From assembly GCA_965153285.1 (NCBI GenBank), contig OZ229111.1: a stretch of 64,000 bases of DNA; one strand, written 5' to 3'. Source of the stretch: Podarcis tiliguerta (Eukaryota). A model generated the notes under the pieces. It saw only the letters and a program-made list of their open reading frames with translations, had not been told where the DNA came from and made no database searches. A program made the position numbers and the translations under genes. The stretch's first letter is position 1. The number at the start of each line of letters is the position of its first letter. Below, one piece after another: positions 1-10,403 of this stretch.

Positions 1-779
1 CTTGTAAGTTTCATTCAGTACGATCTTCCAGGTGGAAATAACTGCTTTGCCCCAATCAAAATATGCAAACTACAAAATGAATAGTCATCTAAAATATGCA
101 AGCTTGAAAACAGAAAAATGTGCATGTTCACTGGAAAGCGGTCTTTCCATTCGTCAAACTACATACAGAACGGAGAGATTTGAACAGATTGTTGTCTTCC
201 TGTTTTTCTTACCTCACACATAAGAGGTGAATCTTCAAGCTTAGTTTTAAGAATTAATTTAAGATTAGTGTCACATTGTAATAACCAGGAACTTATTAAA
301 TAAGAAATAACATATAGAACCTACTATATGCAATTTGGTCTCATACAAAAAATGCAAAGTCAAGTACTAGCCCAGCTGAGAAAAATGATACTGGTTTCTA
401 CTGGGGAAGACTATTGCAGAAAGTTTAACAAAGAGACTGAGGCCAGCAAATGCTGAGGCCAGTATTTCACTAAAAATGACAAAATGGTCAGCACAACATA
501 AAGGTACAAACACACAAACATACATATATATATATATATATAATTGTATTTAATATATTGTTACATACATTCTGAATGTCTTCATCAGAAATATATTGCC
601 ATTATGGCCATGTGTCTACATGTTTTATCTTTTCATTATTGCTACCACTTTTTCATAAACTTTCAAATAGGGCTGAAACAAAGTGATTGCCAGAAAGCCA
701 ATCAGAAAGAAAATATTTGCATAGATGATCTTGCTGCAACTGCTGGAAAACTTACCATGCTATATTAGTTTGCATATCT

Positions 780-3485
780 GATTTTAAAAACCGCACCTTT
801 ATTCCACAACCCTGCAGCCTTGTTCATATTAATTAATTTCCAGGCTCATGTGAAATCTTGTTTTCACACAAGCGGACATGGTTTGCTTTTGCAACTTTAA
901 CCGATCGCGTGTCAGGATTGTCATCGTGTACATAATGCAGCATATTTGATCCTGTGCACAACCATTCCCCCTTCCCTACTATTTTGAAAGCTAATATTTT
1001 AGAAAATATATTTAGCTTAATAGAGGCACAGCCTTTTTATTTATTAAATTCAGATTACTACAAACACCTAAAAAATGGTTAACTATCCACTATACCACCA
1101 TTAGGTGGGTCTGCTATTAAACAGTACCAGTATAATTTTTTCATGAGGTTTTTTTTACAATTATCAAGTAATACTGCAACATATTTTTCAATATATTCAG
1201 ACATTGTCCTTTTAAGAGAAAAACAAACAAACAAACAAAAGACAGGGTTTCAATATCTGAGCAGGTGTAATGGGCTTCTGTGGGAAAAGATGAGGAACCT
1301 TAGACCTGGACTATAGCTAAATGCTACTTTGAGACAAGCAAGAAAAGATGCCTTTTGCTGTTTTAAAAATTAAAAACGGGCTATGCTACAGCACTGAAGA
1401 GAACTGAAGTGGAAGGTTAAATTAATTCCATAGCAAAAAAGAGATGTGAACTGTCACAGAGATGGGGGAAGGTGGTGGTGGGGAACTGTGTGACCCCTGG
1501 CTTGTCCATGTCTCCCTTTGGGTGACAGGTGCATCCCAGGTTTGCACAATACAGCAGAAAAGAACTGGCAGGATACTCTCAAGCTGTGTACACATTATTG
1601 GCTTAAAACGGAGGGTTTTTCTTTTTCATTGTGTTTCATAACTGCATTTGCATGCTGTTGTACACATCAGCATGCCTTGGTATATTGTTCCCACCTGAGG
1701 ATGGAGACAGGAAAGGGATACTTTTACCCAATGAGCAGTTCTCAGCTCAGATGGGAGCTGGCTTGGCGGGGCTGGGGTGGGCAGGAATAAAAATGCAGTC
1801 TTCCACAAGGAGCTACAGGCTGCGGCTAACTTTGTCATCCATGGCTTCCCAAACCAGTGGTGGGAGCCCACTGAATGCAGAGGAAACAGGAGTGTGTACA
1901 CAAGCCTTACTAAGTATTCCAGCCTCCCATCTGTACTTCTCTATGCAAACAAGCTCTTACAGCTAGCCGTGAATATGGGTTTTCTCACCAAAGCTTATGG
2001 AAAGAATAAAATGTGATGTTCAACAACGTTGTGGAAGTTCGTAGATGACCTGAGAAATCTTTGCCCTGCAGCCCAGTTAGTGTTAATTGGGCCATGCAAC
2101 TCATTTTTCCTCACTACAGGGAGATCTGCTGGACATGGAACTTTGCCATTTTCACTTTTAATTCATGAAGGTGTCCAACGTATATGTGCATCCCCACTCA
2201 CAGCAAGCAACCCTGCTGGATCTCAGGGTGGCCTGCCTGGCAGGCTGAGATGCTCCTAAAAGTTGCAGTCATTTCACAAGCCCTTGTCTCAAATGCATCC
2301 TTCCACAAAGCATGTGGCAAAAAGGCATGATACATTTGGAAAAGCAAATCATGTTAAGAAGCCCTCTTAATTTCGTCTAAAGGGGCTTTTTTGGATTTGG
2401 TCAACTCATGTGCGTGAGCTTGGCTAAAGAACGTAAATCTGCACAAAGACATTGTCTTAAAAATATTCACATCTAGGTGTTTGAAGGATTACTTTAACTG
2501 ATAGCTGCCTTCGGTTCAAGAAGTACAGGGAATTCTTTCTATCAAAGCCATTTTTACTGATTGTTTCGCCGCCACCATAAAAAGGAGAACATCACCTTCC
2601 AGCCACTGAAATATCCAAATCCTGTTTGTTTTAGGATAGTCAAAATCAACAGGTTTAAAAAATGGGAGCAGCATTAAAGGCAGAAGTAGCATCCAGAGTG
2701 GAGATGGATGCCGAGAGTGATTTATAAACATTAACTGCAATTTTCTAGGTTCTACTTTTGATTATGGAGTTGTAATTTATTTTATTTATTATTAAAAATA
2801 ATAAGTTTGAGGATGAACATCTACTCAGACTGGAGCATACACTAGTGAAAGAAAAGGAACTACTGTTTAATAAGGAGTTGCACTTCAGCAACATAATATA
2901 AATAGCAGAACAATATACAAGATGTTTGTCTTATTTAAACTGCACACTAGTGTGCACGTTATGAAGTAGAAACTGCCTTCTTCAAATAATAAATTTAAAG
3001 TGTCACTTCAAGCTCGTAACGCATTCAGATTGCAATTTTTGTTAAAAATAAAATATTGGCGATATTCAACCTAAAATAAATTTGAAAAATGAAAATAAAC
3101 AGGTTCCCAACAGAAACTTTTATATGGAATTCTTTCATCAAGATTGCATTTTTAAAAATGTATTAGATATAGTTAGGGCCATTTTATAAATAGATAGTAA
3201 TTCATTGGGTTTAAAACAAATTAAACCCCTGACATTTCAGAACTAGCAATACGAGTGTTTTCCACAGGGAATCTGCAAAGACAAGGCAAATGTTTTCTTA
3301 AAAACGTTAACATCCTGCATAGTCACAATCCAGTCACTGAAAAACGCACCAGATGGTCAGTTTGTCTTTCATGCTGTTTCACTTGCACAATGGTATGACA
3401 GAAGGATTCACAAGGTGGAAAAGCAAGCAACTAAAACATATGAATGCACAGAGTCCGCTCCTGGCATACAAGTCTGTGTGTGAGA
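780..3485 (-). other. SEPTIN8: Septin-8 3' UTR (approximate), with several AATAAA signals
   Basis: Follows the TGA; AT-rich and free of recognisable TEs; minus-strand AATAAA at 2776-2790 (cluster), 1036-1045 and 798-803. Confidence 0.55.
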
Positions 3486-3489
3486 TCAA
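3486..3489 (-). CDS. SEPTIN8: Septin-8 terminal exon, coding part (completes N427 and TGA stop)
   Basis: About 70 nt of U-rich tract (3490-3560) ending tttcgtttcag|T TGA; AA|T TGA gives ...DKKN*, the short C-terminus recalled for SEPTIN8. Confidence 0.75.
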
Positions 3490-3602
3490 CTGAAACGAAA
3501 ACATAAAAAGCAAAAATTAAACCATAGAAAATCAAACATAACGAAAATGTAAAGCAATATCATATACCATGTTAGTGGCAAAAAAGCAATGTGATCCTTT
3601 GG

Positions 3603-4068
3603 GACTTACATGCCACACTAAACCAAGGTCTAGTGTTGTGTGAATAAGCCTCCCCAAGCCTGTGCAAAGCATCAGGCAAGTATTCTCTTCCCTTCCTCTG
3701 TTGTGCAGCCAATAGAACTTCTGCTGAGTTTAGTTTCGATTCCAGAAAATATTGGCTTAGCATTACATATGAACCTGGTATCCTGGTTTAAATCAATCCA
3801 TGGTTAGTTTCCAAACAAGCCAATCTCAAACTATGGATTATGAAGCTGGCTTGTTTCACTAACCATTACTAGTTTCCAACCAGGATTGCTGGTACATATG
3901 TAATGCCAAGCTGAGTTAATTTGCAAGTTAAACTAAGCTCAGCAGAAGTCACACTCCTGGCTGGAGAAGAAGGAAAGTGACGTGAGTGAGTCTGACTCTT
4001 TGCTTGGGCTTGCGAAGGTTTGGTCACATAACATTAAACCATGGTTTAATGTTCTATGTAAACCAGAC
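3603..4068. mobile_element. Old foldback (palindromic) MITE
   Basis: Inverted arms, e.g. CTTCTGCTGAGTTTAGTTT vs AAACTAAGCTCAGCAGAAG and CATTACATATG vs CATATGTAATG; opposite-strand ORFs share SHN..PWF.V.CK. Confidence 0.65.
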
Positions 4069-4326
4069 CACTCCATGATCAAAATCAAATCATTCTTGCC
4101 TTACTTTTTAAAAAAGACAAAACAAAAAAATCTAATTAATTGCACTAGAGATAAGATTAATCAGTTTACCTGAATAACAGACCACAGGTTTTAAACTTAG
4201 GAGTCATCTAGTTCAATCTCAGGCATTTCTGTTTTTAGGATCTCTGTTAGAAGGACTTGGGTCTGTTCAAGATCCTGGATTGGCGGTGGCTGACACTGGC
4301 GTTCTAGACAGGCTATTGTGACTCAC

Positions 4327-4418
4327 TTTAGCTCATCATCTTGCTCATGCTAAATAGGATAGTTACGCTGCTGCTCCATAAGATTAATACAGAAATATAA
4401 ATAGACTATTCACCAAAA
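4327..4418 (-). CDS. SEPTIN8: Candidate alternative 92-nt exon (NFGE*, then SIYISVLILWSSSVTIL in frame)
   Basis: Acceptor ...aaattcag|, donor AAA|GTGAGT (4326-4321); TAG at 4408-4406. Confidence 0.45.
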
Positions 4419-5625
4419 CTGAATTTTTTTAAAAAAGAAAAAGAAATAGGTACTAGTACTGTTAGATAGAACTAATCATGATAACCAGGCATCTGTCAAG
4501 AGGATACAACATTATATTAAGCTTAACACAAGCACAAATCATCACCAACATTCTTAATTCACGGAAGACAAGAGGCTGAAATTTAGCATGCGTAAAGAAC
4601 AAAGAAGCCTCTTATATATGAGACAGAAGCCCCTATAGCAATCTTATAGCCCAATTCTGTAACTTTTCTACAACTTGTGCTAGACCTTTTAGTTTGAACT
4701 ACTAGATGGGCAATTTATCTTACAATCGCCATCATCCACTTACCTAGGGTAAGTATGCATGGAAAAAATAGATTGCACTGTGTATTACACAGCAAATATT
4801 ACATCATCTGAGACTATGTAGTTGTTGATCAGTTCTGTAGCTTAGTCACACAATCATATCATCTTTTAAAAAAAGATTAAAAAGGTATAAATCACATAAA
4901 AACATTAGGGTTCTTTACTTGAAGTTAAATAGTTAATGCAAAACTACTAACATTCTGAGGCAAAGCAAATTGCCAGAATTTTGTAACACGCATTAGCTCA
5001 GAAAGTCATTGGCTGTCAAGTTCACATCAACTTTGCTTCAGGCGAGTTTCCCCCCCAACCTTGCCTACACCATTTTTTGCACCCTCCCAGCTCTGGTACA
5101 CTACATGCCACTTGCAGAATGTCATCCATTCCTCTCTTTTACACTGTAGCTGCAAGGACAGCAGTTATTGTATTACACAGATCATTAAAAAATCTCTTAT
5201 AAAACCTGCATTATTACTCCTAGGGCCCAAGCTGCGTGCATTGTATCTGGGCAGTAATAAGCAACTAACAGAGATCACGGATCCAAGGCGGGCTATTTGA
5301 CATCCCTCACAATATTATCATTGGAGGATTCATTCACATGGTAGAGTGATGTCACCCCACTTCCTGACAACAGTAGGAAAGAAGGATTCCCCACCATGAT
5401 CCCAACACAGGCAAGTTCCTTCTTTACAGATGTCACTAATCTAGCAGTGGTCCAGGCAGAAGTGGCTTTCATGCTACAAAGGTAACACGTGAGCCCACTC
5501 TTGGGAATAAGAATCTGGAAAAGTTGGCAGCTAGTATCAGCTGAGCCTGACCTCTAACAACAGCATGAGGATATCAACACATGTGCTAAGCAACTTCAGG
5601 TCTACAAAGACCTTCACAACAATGA

Positions 5626-5917
5626 CTATAATTGCACGACGAAGAAAAATAGGACTGTGCACCCTTGCCCTGCCTCCACATCCGTGCTAGCCTCTCTCCA
5701 ATTCTGTCTCTGTGTTGGGGGCATGTCTGCAATGCAGGAGCCTGATGGACATGTGGGCTTTCCCTGTGAGCCAGAACCCTCAGCAAACATGCACAAACAG
5801 CATTGGGAAGTGGTGGCAGGAGGTACCAGCACAGTGTGACAGTCCTGATCTCTTTCCTCACAGGCTTGTTGTTGTGTGGTTCTGAATACCTGAACAGGTG
5901 AGTTGCCTCTGACAGAA
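5626..5917 (-). CDS. SEPTIN8: Candidate alternative terminal exon: long Cys-rich C-terminus (523-aa isoform)
   Basis: Acceptor cttcccctggtttttctaccctcag|T; joined in phase 2 it gives 96 open codons, N-SVRGNSPVQ...TTSQCCLCMF...NWREAST...VLFFFVVQL*. Confidence 0.6.
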
Positions 5918-6939
5918 CTGAGGGTAGAAAAACCAGGGGAAGAGGTCTGAGGAGGCTACAGACCACAGCAGAGACTAGAATGCCTGTTACATTCTCTAGA
6001 GTTAACAAAGCATCAAAACTGTCGTACTAGTCCTTGAATGGACCAGAAGGAGAAGATACGCACAACTTCTGCAGCTGGTTGGCTAGGTATGCATATGAAT
6101 GCTGGCAAGTATTCATAGGCAAGCATAGGTTGAGGAAGACGTTTCAGCGTTATCCTCGCCTTTTTAAGTAAAGGGCACCTTTAATCTCAAAGGCTGGACA
6201 TGCAACCGTATCACACATGGCAATACTTTGAAACAAAGACTGCGTTACAGCAGATCACTGAAAACCGTCGGACGTGAATCAGAGTATATCTCATAAAACA
6301 AGCTATGGCTCTTGGATCCTAGATCAAGTAGAAGAGATGCTAAAGATGAGAGGCAGGCGTCCTCCATAGTATTAGCAAGAAAAAGAAGTATTAGCAAGAA
6401 GAACAATAAATATGCCACAGAAGTTTCAGTACATTCTAAGCAGGAAAATTATTAATTTGCAGTGGAGGGATTTCATTGTCTTCAAACAATCTCGCACAGG
6501 TAGCAGGAAACTGTACTTAAATTTAAACTTGAACTGAGCTAATCCTTGCCTTGTATTCTCACCTTCATTATCATTATGATGCATGGTTACCAAAAACAAG
6601 GCCTGGACCTCCATGAACTTCAATATTTTAATAAGTATAAAATACCAGGTGTAGCAAAGTAGTAGTATGGTTTTTATCCCTGTTTATCCCCATTTTGTAC
6701 TGCAGCTGGCTCAACTACGAGTAGCAGCTATAAAGAGAAGATAACCTGCCGGAAGAGTACATTGGAGAAACACTTTTAGCAGCTGATTCAAAACAAAAAT
6801 GTGCTTATTCGGATATTGAAAACTCGTTTGTGGAATTCAGTATCACAAGATACAGTGTTGTCACTGGATTAGACAGCTTTACAATGAGATCCAACAAATA
6901 TATTTTGAATATGGAAGTCCTGTTTTAGTCTGCCAGTTA

Positions 6940-7002
6940 ACACTGGAGACAAAGATCAAAACACTGGAGACAAAGATCAGAACACTGGAGACAAAGATCA
7001 AA
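6940..7002. repeat. Tandem repeat, 3 x 21 bp (ACACTGGAGACAAAGATCA[A/G]A)
   Basis: Three contiguous copies with one mismatch. Confidence 0.95.
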
Positions 7003-7993
7003 AGTGGTATCTCCACAATATCCTCTTTTCTAGACTTCCCAGAGACATGGCGGGCCCCTGTTTGAACTAGAAGACCTTTGATCTGCTCCAATAAGGTAAT
7101 TGCTAGGGTCCCATGTACCAGTTTATCTGCATACAGAATACGCTTTGCCTGAGGGAAGGTTCCCAGTTTTATCTGTAAGATCTCCAGTCAGCAAGATCTC
7201 ACACAGCAGTGTAGGAAAGATCTCTGCCGGAGACTCTGGACAGACACTGCTTCTCAGCGTAATGGGCTGGATTGGCTAATGGTCTGACTTTGTATCAAGG
7301 CAACTGCACACATTCATGCGGAGGTATGACACAACATGCAGCCTGAACATTAAATTTGTCCACTATAATGAGTAGACCTACATGGAGAACAGAACCTACT
7401 CTAACCAAAAATAAAATCAACTGCATTTCAAGATTCCATGGAACAAGAATCCCTGTTGGGGATGCTTAATGTCAACACTACATAAAACAATACCGATTTA
7501 TTTATATACAACTCTCTTATTTCCCTTTCATGGTGGCCAGTAAACAAAGAATTAATACTAGTTGTGTGTATATGCGTGTGTGTGTGTGTGAACTTGTTTT
7601 TGTATGAAATTGTTTTATGCTTGTTTTCATTGCTAATGCACTTCAGGAAAAAGTGACAAGACTATCCTGGGGCCAGAAGCAGCATTTACTGGGTCAATCT
7701 TCATTAGTCTAAGATGGAGGTCTTTCCCCTCCTCAAATCTTTGGTATGGTTGCAAAACTACGGGTAAAATTTATACAACATTTCCTTGGCTTATTCTGTT
7801 AGAATGGGAAATTGGGGCTTCTTTATGATTCTGGAAATTGTCTAAACCGCTTCTTGAGCCCCTCCTCATTCCTTCCCACCACTTTTTTTTTTTAAATAAC
7901 TCATCTGTTGCAATATTTTTAGATGACTTGACTTGGGTGTGAATGTCTTGGGAAAGGATGGAAACAAAGTGAAGCTCATGTCAAACTGCTTAC

Positions 7994-8184
7994 TTTTTCT
8001 TGTCTTTGTCCTTCTTCAGCGGCTGCTGTGAAGTGGCTTGCAGAGACTGACACTGCAGGGTTTCAACTGCCACTTTCCTCCTGTTGAAGGCGTTCATCTC
8101 CTCCTCCAGCTCTCTTCTCTTCTCCTCCACTTTCCTCTTCTCTTCCTGATGCATTCTTTTGAGATGTTCAAACTTCTCATGCAA
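7994..8184 (-). CDS. SEPTIN8: Septin-8 exon 9 ([10 protein letters not shown]...KKDKDKK)
   Basis: Acceptor tcctttggccag, donor AA|GTAAGC; 191 nt, ends in phase 2. Confidence 0.96.
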
Positions 8185-8656
8185 CTGGCCAAAGGAGGGG
8201 AGGAAAAAACCCAGTCAGTGCTGCCTCCACTGCCAGGAAGTAGAACCCAATCCTGACCGACAGCAGGGCACTACCATCCAAACAAGTGTGTCCTATAGGT
8301 CACCAGAGTTAAACCCTAATGAGAAACACAGATGTCCCTTCTGAATCCAGCACTGCTCTGATTAACATCTACGTAATGGATCCATGTGGGACGGACTAAT
8401 TTTGCTTCTCAATACACCTGCATACCACCATGGGAAGAATAATCTGCCTGACTTGTGTGGGTTCTTTCAACAGACATCAGTGGAGCGACCACTATAGTGA
8501 AAACAGCAGTTCCTCCACTCCATTAATATATGGCCTGGCCCTTAGCTCCAGCTGAAGAACAAAGGTTTACAATTATTTGACAGCCACTTGCCTGACCTTC
8601 ATGTGTCAGATTAGCCCCTTGTGCTCCTGAAGGATAGCAACATGCCTTCATGATTA

Positions 8657-8898
8657 CAGTGGTACCTCATGTTACGTACTTAATCCATTCTGGAGGTCCG
8701 TTCGTAACAGCAAACTGCTCATAACATGAGGCGTGCTTTCTCTAATGGCGCCTCCCACTGCTGCTGTGCCGCCGGAGCGCAACTTCCGCTAGCATCCCGG
8801 GGTAAAGGTCGCAACAAGGGGCATCTACTTCCAGGTTAGCGCAGCGCATAACTCACAGCATTCGTAAGGGGGATGGTACATAACACGAGGTGCCACTG
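8657..8898. mobile_element. Tigger/pogo-like MITE
   Basis: TIR CAGTGGTACCTC / GAGGTGCCACTG with TA TSD. Confidence 0.85.
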
Positions 8899-9515
8899 TA
8901 GTTGAAAGGTTTCTTTTACAAAAAATGAAGCAGCTCATAGCTAGGGTAAGATAATGCTGGAGGTATGACATGGATGCAGTCATTTTGGGATTGTTTCATC
9001 TAGGTTTTAGATACCGAAAGCCCTGGAGCAATAAACCTTAATCTTAATAAATTCAAATACAACAATTCAGAAGTTTTAAGACTTTCCTCCACAACCTTCA
9101 TATAAAATAAAAGTTTGAGCCAGCCTATGAAATAAACTGGCAGTAGTTTCTCACACACAAAAAGTAAGGTATATACTACCACAAGGTAGTCAACAGCAAT
9201 AGATTAGATGGCCTTTAAAAATAGATTAAACAAATTAGGGAGCAATTCTAACCCTCTAATGCATTCCCCACAGGATTAATGTCCCTTTAATGCTCCCAGA
9301 AGGATCTGGCTGCTCTTATCAATGGAGACAGAATGCTGGATTTGACAGGCCTCTGTTGGATCCAGCAAGGAAGTTCTCATTTTCTTTGCTTCTCAAGTGC
9401 TGGAATATTGTAATTGTAGTGTCATAGGTATACACACTCACACTCACCCCCACCCACCACCCATTACTTCTGGCCATATGAATCTGTGGCCCAGATTCCA
9501 TTCTCTGCCACTCAC

Positions 9516-9648
9516 TTCTCTCTCCTTTTCTTTCAGTTCCAACTCTGTTTCCTTGACCTTGTTCACAAACATTTGCCTCATTTCTTCCTCTTTCTTCTGC
9601 AACTCACAGAGGAATTCTTTTCTCTTGGTCTCATAGGTTTCTTGAAGG
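9516..9648 (-). CDS. SEPTIN8: Septin-8 exon 8 ([13 protein letters not shown]...KEKERE), coiled coil
   Basis: Acceptor tcttaaccag, donor GTGAGT; 133 nt. Confidence 0.96.
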
Positions 9649-9927
9649 CTGGTTAAGACACAAAAGACACACAAACCTCAAATCACTTAGACGTTAAAAG
9701 GTGCTGAAAAACAACAGAAGACAATAAGCAGCTATAAAGCTACACCTGCGTACATGTGCTGCGCATGCATGTGTCATAGAGGGAGGCGGTGAGGCAGTAA
9801 GGACATGACACATTACTGTCATCCTGCTTACGAGAGTGCCCCAGATTCTGACAGAACTTGCAGCCTTCACACACCTGTGCAGGTATTCCAGCAGAAAGTA
9901 AGAATGGAGAGGATGATGCTCTCTCAC

Positions 9928-10096
9928 CTGAATGGCTGGCTGTCAGGATCAGTATCTTTGAAGCCCATTTCTTCTAGCTTACACCGCCTGTAAAGCTCGT
10001 AGTGGCGAGTGTGAGTTTGCTCCCGCAGATCTTCCATGTTGACACGGATCAGCATCTCTCGCAGCTTTACAAAGTCACAGTGGCTTTCATTCTCAA
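9928..10096 (-). CDS. SEPTIN8: Septin-8 exon 7 ([15 protein letters not shown]...DSQPF-S)
   Basis: Acceptor ttgctcag, donor GTGAGA; 169 nt. Confidence 0.96.
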
Positions 10097-10151
10097 CTGA
10101 GCAAATGAAGAGAAGGAGCATAGCCATTGTGAAAAAATTGATGGTTTATAC

Positions 10152-10403
10152 CAGGGGTCAGCAAACTTTTTCAGCAGGGGGCCGGTCCACTGTTCCTTAG
10201 ACCTTGTGGGGGACGGACTATATCTTTTGGTGGAAAATGAACGAATTCCTAGCCCCCCCCCCAAATTACCCAGAGATGCATTTTAAATAAAAGCACACAT
10301 TCTACTCATGTAAAAACACGCTGATTCCCGGAGTGTCCACAGGCCAGATTTAGAAGGCCATTGGGCTGGATCCGGCCCCTGGGCCTTAGTTTGCCTACCC
10401 ATG
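10152..10403. mobile_element. hAT (Charlie-like) MITE
   Basis: TIR CAGGGGTCAGCAAACT / AGTTTGCCTACCCATG; perfect 8-bp TSD GTTTATAC. Confidence 0.88.

Noticed and set aside
1-2300. Plus-strand exons of the neighbour gene expected from mammalian synteny (CCNI2)
   Set aside because: No cyclin-like peptide or convincing exon seen.
2731-2740. ttgcag|T TAA would also give ...KKN*; overlaps ORF 2516-2740
   Set aside because: No polypyrimidine tract upstream (A-rich). The 3489 acceptor is far stronger, so this site is treated as 3' UTR.
5586-6008. 140-aa minus-strand ORF, reachable in frame from exon 9 through the cag at 5890
   Set aside because: That AG is not the first after the pyrimidine tract. 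The first AG (5918) selects the other frame, which carries QCCLC. It could still be a minor variant.
6940-7002. CRISPR-like repeat array
   Set aside because: Contiguous repeats without spacers, in vertebrate DNA.
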